DNA of 64,000 nt from an uncultured Planctomycetales bacterium (GCA_964354795.1 CAYHBB010000003.1:5887-69886); one strand, 5' to 3'; numbered from the stretch's first letter, positions 53,158 to 61,106 are shown. The notes: a model not told the origin generated them from the sequence alone. Made by a program: numbers and translations.

Positions 53158-53186
53158 TTGTAAAACGTTATTAGATAATATATAAT
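53158..53186 (+). promoter_or_regulatory. Sigma70 promoter of the PqqD-peptide-rSAM operon
   Basis: TTGTAA-N17-TATAAT, 32 nt upstream of the PqqD-like ATG. Confidence 0.65.
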
Positions 53187-53218
53187 AAGTACAGCGTTAA
53201 ATTATTGAAGGGCTAACA

Positions 53219-53587
53219 ATGATAGAAGTTAAGTTATTGAGATATAGAAGGGCAGATAGGGTCACGGAAAGAAAGATCGGTGACACTTTATTGCTTGTCC
53301 CTTTTAAAAAAACTCCGGGCTCCGGCGTCAAGGGCGTAATGCTTAAAAATGCCAGTGCTCAATTTATTTGGAAATTATGCGAGAAAGGAATGTATCTTAG
53401 GGATATTATTGAATCAGTAACTGCCGAATTTAATGTTGATAAAGACAAAGCTAATTGCGAAATACAAGCCTTGCTGGAGAAACTGCTCCGCTTGGAACTG
53501 GTTATTTGTTTAAACGGCGCCAAGAAGGGGAGCGAGAAAAAAGAAGGAGGAAAGAATGGAAGAAAAGAGAAAATGGGAAAATCCTGA
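53219..53587 (+). CDS. PqqD-family RiPP recognition element (RRE)
   Basis: RKIGDTLLLVP..LKNASAQFIWKLC..IIESVTAEFNVD..EIQALLEKLLRLELV. Confidence 0.85.
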   Translation: MIEVKLLRYRRADRVTERKIGDTLLLVPFKKTPGSGVKGVMLKNASAQFIWKLCEKGMYLRDIIESVTAEFNVDKDKANCEIQALLEKLLRLELVICLNGAKKGSEKKEGGKNGRKEKMGKS

Positions 53588-53672
53588 AGTCGAGCTTATT
53601 TCTATCGATATGGACCAGATCTTTACTGTGGGTTTTAGTGGAGGGTGTTGCGGCTGCTGCTGCTGCTGTTAA
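53556..53672 (+). CDS. Putative Cys-rich RiPP precursor peptide, 38 aa (not in ORF track)
   Basis: AAGGAGG RBS at 53544-53550; MEEKRKWENPEVELISIDMDQIFTVGFSGGCCGCCCCC*; WxxPxV leader motif; lies between RRE and rSAM/SPASM. Confidence 0.85.
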   Translation: MEEKRKWENPEVELISIDMDQIFTVGFSGGCCGCCCCC

Positions 53673-53715
53673 TGTTTAAAGAATCTTTGATACAACGTTA
53701 AGTTGATGTGTTGAA

Positions 53716-54762
53716 ATGTCTGAATATAAAACAATTGATTCGTGCACTTGGGAACTTACCTTTCGTTGCAACGCAAAATGTCCTTTTTGCTATCAGGACA
53801 ATACTCCCACCAAAGAGCTGTCAACCAAAGAGTCATTTCAAGTACTAGATAAATTAGCGGAAAACGGGATTATCTTTCTTTTGTTTACCGGTGGCGAACC
53901 AACGGTAAAAAAGGAATTTATTCAGATATACCGGTATGCCGCAAAAAAAGGCTTTCAGATTTCTATTCTTACCAATGGGATACGGCTCGCCGATAAAGAT
54001 ATCCAGGATCTTTTTACTGAGTATCCGCCTGTTGGAGCCGTGATTAGCCTCCATGCTCTAGATGAGGCCATTTTTGAGCAGGTGAGCTGTGTACCCGGAT
54101 CTTTCAAGAAAGTTATGGCCGGTCTGGAATTCTTAAAAAAAATAAAAGTAAAATATAGTTTTAAAATAATAGTTACAAAGATTAACGCTCAATCTATAGG
54201 CGAAATTAAAGACTATTGTCATCAGAATTCAATAGGGTACGAGTTGACACCTAATATATGTAATAGTCTTAATGGAAAGAGAGCTAATGATATAAATGAT
54301 ATAAGGCTTGAATTTAACGAAGCGAATAATTTATTTTTTCAAGAAGATTACGGACGCGTTTTTGATGAAATGGAGCGTAAGCTAGGAAATTTAGATAACA
54401 AATTTAAGAAGAGAAGGTCAAGGTTTAATTGCGCGCTTGTTTATCGCACGATTTGGCTTGATCCGCTTGGAAACACTTTTATTTGTGCCATGTTCAGAGA
54501 TAAGCCCAGATTAAATATTCTTAAAGACTCAATAGATGAGATTTATAAAAAACATCTGGAAATTGCTAATGATTATGAAGTTAGGCCACCCGAATGTTTA
54601 AAGTGTGAGTATCTTCCGGAGTGTAAGTATGCTTGTGTCTGCGGAATAAGAAATGCCCGAAGAATATCCAAAGAAGAGTTCGATTATGTATGTAACGGGC
54701 TTAAGAGTATTATCCATCTAAGAAGAAGGCTGGATAAGAATAAGTTAAACATCGCCGTTTAA
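53716..54762 (+). CDS. Radical SAM/SPASM peptide maturase (PqqE-like)
   Basis: WELTFRCNAKCPFC, TGGEP, SPASM C..C..CLKCEYLPECKYACVC. Confidence 0.85.
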   Translation: MSEYKTIDSCTWELTFRCNAKCPFCYQDNTPTKELSTKESFQVLDKLAENGIIFLLFTGGEPTVKKEFIQIYRYAAKKGFQISILTNGIRLADKDIQDLFTEYPPVGAVISLHALDEAIFEQVSCVPGSFKKVMAGLEFLKKIKVKYSFKIIVTKINAQSIGEIKDYCHQNSIGYELTPNICNSLNGKRANDINDIRLEFNEANNLFFQEDYGRVFDEMERKLGNLDNKFKKRRSRFNCALVYRTIWLDPLGNTFICAMFRDKPRLNILKDSIDEIYKKHLEIANDYEVRPPECLKCEYLPECKYACVCGIRNARRISKEEFDYVCNGLKSIIHLRRRLDKNKLNIAV

Positions 54763-54865
54763 GGAAACCGTGCTCTAAAGCTTTCTTCGATTCCAAGTGT
54801 TCCCGCCTGTGTACTGAAGTGCAACCCTAATTTTAGATTCTAGAAATATTACCTAGCAATTATTA

Positions 54866-55813
54866 ATGCGCAATGGAGATAAAATGGTCTCAGTAGTTAT
54901 CGTTACCCACAATAATGCTGCGATGCTAAAGAGCTGCATCGAGTCACTGCAGAAGCAGAAGTTCACAGATATAGAAGTTACTGTAGTTTTTAACGCTTCT
55001 TTAATGAGCACGATTTGCGAGATTAAAAGCGATTTTCCTTGGATCAACTCCATAATTAATGAGGAGAATTTGCTATTCTCTAAAGCATATAATCAAGGCA
55101 TACTGGTTTCGCGTGGAGAATTTATTTTTTGCTTGAATGACGATGTCATCTTGAAACCAAACTCTATCAAAGAACTTGTTAAGATAATGAGTCAAGAAGA
55201 ACGCATTGGTATGATAAGTGGTAAAATTCTACGAATGGATAAGGTAACTGTTGATTCAACCGGCTTATCTTTAAGTTTTTGGCGCACGGCAATCGAAAGA
55301 GGCTATGGGCAAAAGGATGTAGGACAATTTGAAGACCCTGGTTTTATTTTTGGTGTGAATGGGGCAGCCGCTTTTTATCGCAGAAAAATGCTGGATGAGA
55401 TAAAGCAAGGCCAGGATTATTTTGACACCGATTTCGGGTTCTTTTACGAAGATTTGGATATGGCGTGGAGAGCGCAGAATAAGGGCTGGAAGGGCTATTA
55501 TGTGCCGACGGCTATCGCATATCATTCCAGAGGCGGTACAGCGCGTAAAGAAAAGGGCGTAGGCAGGAGTTTTGCGCGTTTTTACATCAGTGATGACCTG
55601 CAATTTGAGCTTATCAAGAATAGATGGCTTACCATAATAAAAAACGATACAGTCTTAGGGTTTTTGTTTCATCTGCCTTTTATTTTTATTTATGATTTGG
55701 CTGAGTTTGTTTTTCTGCTGATCTTTAGGCCTAAGGTAATCCCGAAGTTATTAGGCTTTCCCCGGTATATAAGATCAGCTTTCAGAAAGAGAATCGCGGC
55801 TAAAAGAGTATAG
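54866..55813 (+). CDS. Glycosyltransferase family 2
   Basis: SVVIVTHN, LNDD, EDLDMAWR; similar to 13980 ORF. Confidence 0.9.
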   Translation: MRNGDKMVSVVIVTHNNAAMLKSCIESLQKQKFTDIEVTVVFNASLMSTICEIKSDFPWINSIINEENLLFSKAYNQGILVSRGEFIFCLNDDVILKPNSIKELVKIMSQEERIGMISGKILRMDKVTVDSTGLSLSFWRTAIERGYGQKDVGQFEDPGFIFGVNGAAAFYRRKMLDEIKQGQDYFDTDFGFFYEDLDMAWRAQNKGWKGYYVPTAIAYHSRGGTARKEKGVGRSFARFYISDDLQFELIKNRWLTIIKNDTVLGFLFHLPFIFIYDLAEFVFLLIFRPKVIPKLLGFPRYIRSAFRKRIAAKRV

Positions 55814-56920
55814 CAGGCCGAAAATCGCCCACCATATAAAGCTCACCTCAGGAAGGAAAAAACTGAAATCTACCAGATTGTGCAACAGAAATACCAGGCT
55901 TGCGCATAACAAGCTGGCGATTTCTTTGCTCCGCACCGATCTTCCAAGCGCTTTAATACCTTGATCGATGACTACTGCTGCAAACCAAATGAACGAAAGT
56001 AATCCCAAGATTCCGGTTTCCGCCCATAATTGCAGATAAGAATTATGGGCGTAGCGGGATGCGGCAATAGTAAAATTCCCCGGGCCAATACCCTTAAACG
56101 GGGCATATGCGATTATTTTAAGCGCCTCACCCAGGTAATCAAGGCGCATCAATGTTGAAAAGAACGGGTGCTGATGAAGTTTTTGTGTAGCGGATCTTAA
56201 GATAACAACCACCGCAATTGCAATAATCAAGCCGCTTAGCGCCAAAATTACCTTTCTATTATTTGTTTCTTTATTCAGCAATAAATAAATTATAATAACT
56301 ATGGCAATGACAGCCAAAGCTCCCAGAGACTTTGTAAGAAAAACTGCGGCCGCTACGGGGAAGAGCAGCCATATTCTGCGTTTATAGATAACGGCTAACG
56401 GCATAATCATAGCAAGGTATCCTGCCAGGATGTTAGGGGTGACGAAGGGAACAAATACTCGCTTGTTGTTGATGTAATCGGTGACGAACGGGTCCTTGAT
56501 TCCCTCTTTGCCCACGAGGTTGGCAAGTCTGGCGAATCCGAAGAAATACTGATGGATAGCAAGTATGCTGACGATGATTCCCGCCGAAAGAATAACGCGC
56601 ATCAGCAGCATCCGGTCTCTATCGACAAAAGATGCGCAAATCAGGAATATCAATATTCCGCTGGCATATTGATAAAGCACGGAGAAGCTGTTAAGTCTGT
56701 CCGCAGAGAATACTGATGAAATTAGCAGTGCGCAGGGAAAAAGCATAAGCGGATATTTTATAGCCTTAAAATCCGGTAGGCGGATTTTTTTGTTATTAAT
56801 CCAAAAACCAAGCAGGCCTAGCAATATCAGGGAATAAATAGTATTCGCATAAGGATAAGCCAGAGAAGAAATAAATGGCCGGAAAAATATGAATAGCAGC
56901 AGAATTGTGAGCATCATCAA
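55775..56920 (-). CDS. O-antigen ligase/Wzy_C family protein
   Basis: PNILAGYL, TKSLGA, GIGPGNF, AHNSYLQLWAETG, LLHNLVDF. Confidence 0.85.
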   Translation of the reverse strand: MMMLTILLLFIFFRPFISSLAYPYANTIYSLILLGLLGFWINNKKIRLPDFKAIKYPLMLFPCALLISSVFSADRLNSFSVLYQYASGILIFLICASFVDRDRMLLMRVILSAGIIVSILAIHQYFFGFARLANLVGKEGIKDPFVTDYINNKRVFVPFVTPNILAGYLAMIMPLAVIYKRRIWLLFPVAAAVFLTKSLGALAVIAIVIIIYLLLNKETNNRKVILALSGLIIAIAVVVILRSATQKLHQHPFFSTLMRLDYLGEALKIIAYAPFKGIGPGNFTIAASRYAHNSYLQLWAETGILGLLSFIWFAAVVIDQGIKALGRSVRSKEIASLLCASLVFLLHNLVDFSFFLPEVSFIWWAIFGLLYSFSRDSLSES

Positions 56921-57023
56921 ATAATTGTATGGGATATTGACCCAAAAGTCAATGAATTCGCATGATATAAGGGCCTATATATAATGCAAAAATAGCATTA
57001 TTTAGTGGTATAATCAATATACT

Positions 57024-57626
57024 ATGGATGATCAGGAACTTATCCGTAAATGTATCGCAGGTGACCGTCAGGCGTGCGAGGAGTTCCTAAGGGTTTATCA
57101 TCGCCTGATGTACCGCTATATTCATGCCACGCTTAAAGGCCACGGTGTCTATGGCCATCAAGCCAATCCCGACGATTTGTATCACGACCTCTTTGTTTTT
57201 CTCTTTGAGCAGAATTGCAGGAAACTCGAAAGTTTTCAGGGTAGAAACGGTTGCAGCTTTGCCAGCTGGCTGAGGTTGGTGGTGGTCAATTTTGTGCTTG
57301 ACCGCTTAAGAAAGCTAAAAACCGCTTCAGTTTCATTGGATGAGGATGGTGGAGAGGGGGCGGATATCAAGGAGATCCTGACGGATATGGCTCTGGACGC
57401 CGCTGACAACTTAAGCGACAAAGAGGGGCAAAAGAGCCTTGAAGAGTGCATCGGCCTGCTTGACACTAAAGACAAGTATTTTCTTGAGCTGCATCTTTAT
57501 CAGGAAATTGATCTTGAGCAGTTGGCAGGTATTTTTCAGGTATCCCGCCCAGCTTTAGATATGCGTAAATCCAGGATTTTCGGTAAATTAAGGGATTGTT
57601 TCAAAAATAAGGGATATTTTCGTTAG
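57024..57626 (+). CDS. ECF RNA polymerase sigma factor
   Basis: DDQELI, region 2 (DDLYHDLFV..FASWL..NFVLD), region 4 HTH; TGGTATAAT just upstream and no SD. Confidence 0.9.
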   Translation: MDDQELIRKCIAGDRQACEEFLRVYHRLMYRYIHATLKGHGVYGHQANPDDLYHDLFVFLFEQNCRKLESFQGRNGCSFASWLRLVVVNFVLDRLRKLKTASVSLDEDGGEGADIKEILTDMALDAADNLSDKEGQKSLEECIGLLDTKDKYFLELHLYQEIDLEQLAGIFQVSRPALDMRKSRIFGKLRDCFKNKGYFR

Positions 57627-57667
57627 CCTCCTTCTGGGGCGGGAAGGCGCGGGGCTACATTTTTTGT

Positions 57668-57696
57668 GTTAGATTTAGGCGGTTTTTACGTCTATT
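57668..57696 (+). promoter_or_regulatory. Candidate ECF-type promoter, copy 1
   Basis: GTTAGATTTAG-N8-TACGTCTATT, identical motif and spacing at 61748. Confidence 0.65.
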
Positions 57697-57715
57697 TAGG
57701 TAGAGGGGGGTCATA

Positions 57716-58414
57716 ATGAACAAACTAGAAAATACCATAAAAGCGCTTTATAAAAGTTGGAAGCGCGGACTGCCGCCTGTAACCGGCGAACATCCGAATG
57801 AGGAGACCATGGCCTGTTTCCTTGAATCCAGGCTATCAACGCAGGAAAGCGAGCAGATTCAGGCTCATTTGGTCAGCTGCTGTGATTGCGCCAAGTCATT
57901 CGTGCTTGCTTTAGGCCTTAAGCCTGAGGAGCAGGACGTTCCGCAAGAACTCCTGAGTAAAATAAGAAATCTGATCATCCCGGCAAGCAAAGACACGCTT
58001 CTTGAGATAATCTTGCGGGCGAAAGAAAGGCTCTTTGAGGTGATTCATACAACAGGGGATATAATCGTAGGGCAGGAATTGGTCCCGGCGCCGGTATTAC
58101 GTAGCCGCGCAATTAAAGATTTCAAAGATGAGATCACTGTTTTGAAAGATTTTGCGGACTTGCGTGTTGAGGCAAAGCTGGAAAATAAGGGAGCTGGTAT
58201 TTTTGATATAAAGATCTGCGTAAAGGACAGACTTACGCAGAAATCACTTTCAGATGTGCGCATCAGCCTTTGCCGGGAGGATGTGGAGCTGGAATCTTTT
58301 CTTGCCGCAACAGGCATGGTGACATTTGAGCATGTCGCGTTAGGGACCTACCGCATTGAAATCGCCACAGTAGATCAAAAGTTCGCCACAGTCAGGCTGG
58401 ATATCAAGGGATAA
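57716..58414 (+). CDS. Soluble zinc-binding (ZAS/zf-HC2) anti-sigma-like protein
   Basis: HP..MACF..HLVSCCDC (HxxxCxxC); no TM; beta-rich C-terminus. Confidence 0.75.
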   Translation: MNKLENTIKALYKSWKRGLPPVTGEHPNEETMACFLESRLSTQESEQIQAHLVSCCDCAKSFVLALGLKPEEQDVPQELLSKIRNLIIPASKDTLLEIILRAKERLFEVIHTTGDIIVGQELVPAPVLRSRAIKDFKDEITVLKDFADLRVEAKLENKGAGIFDIKICVKDRLTQKSLSDVRISLCREDVELESFLAATGMVTFEHVALGTYRIEIATVDQKFATVRLDIKG

Positions 58415-58418
58415 AGCT

Positions 58419-60416
58419 ATGCCGTCAAATAACGCGCTGGTTTTAGAAGTGTTCAAGCAGGATTCGCAGCTTTTAATGTGCCTTACTCGGCAGGATGATC
58501 AGGTTCCTACCTTAAAGCATTACGGCCGGCTTGCGGTGTCTTCTTCTGAGATCGAAAAGTTATGCCACGAGGCAATGTTTGCGGTAGATAAAACTGGGGA
58601 GAGCCTTAAGAAATCCGGTAGAATGCTTTGGGATCATTTGCTTACCAAGCAGGTTAAGGAAGGCCTTCTTGCTTATTCGGCCCGTAGCCTTACTCTTTCC
58701 CTTGATGAAGAATTGATCCATGTCCCCTGGGAACTGTTCTATGACGGACACGAATTTCTTTGTTTGCGCTATAGCATGGGAAGATTGGTAAGGACAAAGA
58801 CCCAGGCTACGCGCGTGCAGTACCGTTCTTTTTCGTCTATCCATAAAATGCTCATTCTGGCGAATCCTACCAACGACCTTAAAGACGCCTACCGGGAAGG
58901 CCTGAATATCAGGAATCAGTTTGACCGTAGGCGAGATAGTGTCAAGATTGATTTTAAATCTACGCATATTGATAAGCTTTATGTCAAGAAGAGCCTCAAG
59001 GATTATGAAATCGTACATTTTGCCGGGCACGCGGAATTTGATTCCAGTAACCCTAAGCACACCGGCTGGGTATTAAACGACGGTAGGTTTACTCCGGCTG
59101 ATATTTTGTCGCTTGGGGAGAATGTTTCCATGCCTAGCCTGGTATTCTCCAACGCTTGTTATTCAGCGCAATCATCCGGTTCCCGGGATTTTCATGAAAA
59201 GAATTACAGTTTGGCGTCAGCGTTTCTTTTGTCGGGAGTGCGGCATTATATTGGAGCTATACGCAGAGTCGAAGATCTGCAAAGCGAATCCTTTGCCCGG
59301 GAGTTTTACGCGAATTTATTATGCGGGAAGACGGTGGGGGAAAGCATGCGCTTAAGCCGACTTAAGCTGACCAAAGAGAGCGGGGCAGCGGCTCTTTCCT
59401 GGTCGAGCTATCTTTTATACGGCGATCCTGATTTTATCCTGTTTAAAGAAAGACATAAATCAAAGACAGCAAAGGCCGTAATCGGTGTTTCGTTTTATAA
59501 GAAATGGCTGATGATTTTTGCCGTGTGCGGCCTTCTGGCCGCAGCATGGGCGCTTTTTAATCGCTGGATGCCCACGGTCAACCCCCGGGCCTATGCCTTA
59601 TTTCTGCAGGCCCAAGAGTTGTTCGTAAACGGTAATAATGCAGCGGTTATCGCGTTATCAGCTGATATAATCTCGAGCGACCCCAAACTCCTTGCGACTT
59701 ATCTTCAGCTAGCCGAAACTTACACGCGCCTTGGGCAGCTGGATAACGCTCTGAAGACCTATTTCGATTATGCGCTGATGAGCGAAAAAAGGCGCGACGC
59801 AAAGTCTCTTGCCGCGGCATACACCGGTATAGGCTGGACTTATTTCCTGCGCAATGAGTATCCGTTAGCTTCCGATTTTTACAATAAAGCCATAAAACTT
59901 GCGCGTGAGAGTAATGACTTGCTTAACCAAGCTATAGCGCTGCGTAAATTAGCAGTGTTGGATAACGAGCAGGGAAATTACGATTTAGCTTTGGGGTATC
60001 TTCTTAAGAGCTCTGAGATCAACCGCGAGCGCCAGAGCGCTCATGAACACCGCTATAATCTGGCCTGCGATTATTTTGACATTGCTCTGGTTTTCAGCAA
60101 TAAAAACGATCTTGCTGCGGCAAAGGAATTCTACGCCAAGAGTCGCGCGATATTTGAGAAATTGCAGCTGAAAAAAGAATTAAGCGATTATTATTTTAAT
60201 CTCGGAGAGATCTATCAGGGCCAGAAAGAGTACCAGAAAGCGCTGGAGTATTTTCATAAGGGTCTGAAGATCGATATAGCCCAGGCAAATAAGCTGAATC
60301 TGGTAAGCGACTATGAGATGTTCGCGGATCTTTACCGGGAAATGGGAGATAGCGCAAAGTCTGGGGAGTATTCCCGCCTCAGTGAAGAATCCGGCCGACT
60401 TGAAAAACAGCCATAA
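58419..60416 (+). CDS. CHAT (caspase-like) protease with TM segment and TPR repeats
   Basis: VPWE, IVHFAGH (His), FSNAC (Cys), LYGDP; TM WLMIFAVCGLLAAAWALF; TPRs. Confidence 0.9.
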   Translation: MPSNNALVLEVFKQDSQLLMCLTRQDDQVPTLKHYGRLAVSSSEIEKLCHEAMFAVDKTGESLKKSGRMLWDHLLTKQVKEGLLAYSARSLTLSLDEELIHVPWELFYDGHEFLCLRYSMGRLVRTKTQATRVQYRSFSSIHKMLILANPTNDLKDAYREGLNIRNQFDRRRDSVKIDFKSTHIDKLYVKKSLKDYEIVHFAGHAEFDSSNPKHTGWVLNDGRFTPADILSLGENVSMPSLVFSNACYSAQSSGSRDFHEKNYSLASAFLLSGVRHYIGAIRRVEDLQSESFAREFYANLLCGKTVGESMRLSRLKLTKESGAAALSWSSYLLYGDPDFILFKERHKSKTAKAVIGVSFYKKWLMIFAVCGLLAAAWALFNRWMPTVNPRAYALFLQAQELFVNGNNAAVIALSADIISSDPKLLATYLQLAETYTRLGQLDNALKTYFDYALMSEKRRDAKSLAAAYTGIGWTYFLRNEYPLASDFYNKAIKLARESNDLLNQAIALRKLAVLDNEQGNYDLALGYLLKSSEINRERQSAHEHRYNLACDYFDIALVFSNKNDLAAAKEFYAKSRAIFEKLQLKKELSDYYFNLGEIYQGQKEYQKALEYFHKGLKIDIAQANKLNLVSDYEMFADLYREMGDSAKSGEYSRLSEESGRLEKQP

Positions 60417-60428
60417 TTGTGTTATACT
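60400..60428 (+). promoter_or_regulatory. Sigma70 promoter for the riboswitch leader
   Basis: TTGAAA-N17-TATACT with extended TG. Confidence 0.55.
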
Positions 60429-60466
60429 TACAATGCAAAGTGACAATTTGACAATTTGGTGATCTA

Positions 60467-60496
60467 CGCATGCACCAATGATCATTGGTGCATGCG
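60467..60496. repeat. Perfect 30-bp palindrome
   Basis: CGCATGCACCAATGA|TCATTGGTGCATGCG. Confidence 0.95.
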
Positions 60497-60497
60497 G

Positions 60498-60640
60498 CCG
60501 ATGAAAAGGCAAACTTCCGCCACAAAACGTGGCGGACGCGCCAAGTAGTATGGCGTGCAGGGTAACCTGAGGACGCAAAGTTACCTGTCCCTGACTTAAG
60601 TATTTCATGTTTAAGTCGGGGATAGAGGGACTGCCAAAGG
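60498..60640 (+). ncRNA. c-di-GMP-I (GEMM-I)-like riboswitch aptamer with insertions
   Basis: AAAGGCAAAC, GTAA tetraloop (CAGG/CCTG), GACGCAAAG, GATAG, TGCC landmarks in canonical order. Confidence 0.7.
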
Positions 60641-60645
60641 ATGAG

Positions 60646-60698
60646 ACCTTGGGTTTGCTTACGGTAATAGAGCAGATTAACCCAAGGTTTTTTGTTTT
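60646..60698 (+). terminator. Intrinsic terminator (riboswitch expression platform)
   Basis: ACCTTGGGTT/AACCCAAGGT stem followed by a U-rich tract. Confidence 0.8.
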
Positions 60699-60719
60699 CT
60701 GGGTAAAGAGGATTGGCAT

Positions 60720-60833
60720 ATGAAAAGGACGCTGCGTAAAATAGCCCGGAAGATCCGCAGGCACCATCACAGAAGATATATGAAGTTTCTGCAGGCGCTG
60801 AGGCTTTACAGCGGAATGCCGGTTACGGATTAA
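60720..60833 (+). CDS. Small basic protein, 37 aa (not in ORF track)
   Basis: AGAGGA RBS; MKRTLRKIARKIRRHHHRRYMKFLQALRLYSGMPVTD*. Confidence 0.5.
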   Translation: MKRTLRKIARKIRRHHHRRYMKFLQALRLYSGMPVTD

Positions 60834-60848
60834 ATAAGGGGTGAAAGA

Positions 60849-61103
60849 ATGATCAAACTCAATAAACAGATCATAACCCATAGGGTGATTACAATGCTCG
60901 GCCGCAGTGAGGTAGATTTTCTGGATAAGCTCGGGAAGGACGCGCTTTTCACTACTGGCCATAAACTCTCCTACAACGACATCCTGCGCGGATTAATCGA
61001 TTTTGCTATGGAGATAAAGATCTCCGGGGAGAAGATAGATTCAGCGGAGGGTTTGAAGAAATTATTATTGGATCAGATGCATAAGGCACTATACAATCAC
61101 TAG
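60849..61103 (+). CDS. Small hypothetical protein, possibly ribbon-helix-helix-like
   Basis: AGGGGTG RBS; RVITML strand followed by helices (EVDFLDKL, LSYNDILRGLI). Confidence 0.6.
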   Translation: MIKLNKQIITHRVITMLGRSEVDFLDKLGKDALFTTGHKLSYNDILRGLIDFAMEIKISGEKIDSAEGLKKLLLDQMHKALYNH

Positions 61104-61106
61104 TAC

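Noticed and set aside
53556-53672. Streptolysin-S-like TOMM/LAP assignment
   Set aside because: No YcaO, E1-like or dehydrogenase gene in the window; the adjacent enzyme is an rSAM/SPASM. Action in trans is not excluded.
53455-53679. 74-aa track ORF ending in AAAAAAVNV
   Set aside because: Alternative frame of the TGC tract. It overlaps the RRE gene heavily and lacks an RBS, whereas the Cys frame has AAGGAGG and a leader motif.
57024-60416. CRISPR type III-E (Craspase) locus
   Set aside because: No CRISPR array or cas genes seen, and this CHAT is N-terminal and membrane anchored.
60180-60962. 260-aa minus-strand ORF
   Set aside because: Antisense to the CHAT-TPR gene, the riboswitch and the small ORFs; no recognisable motifs.
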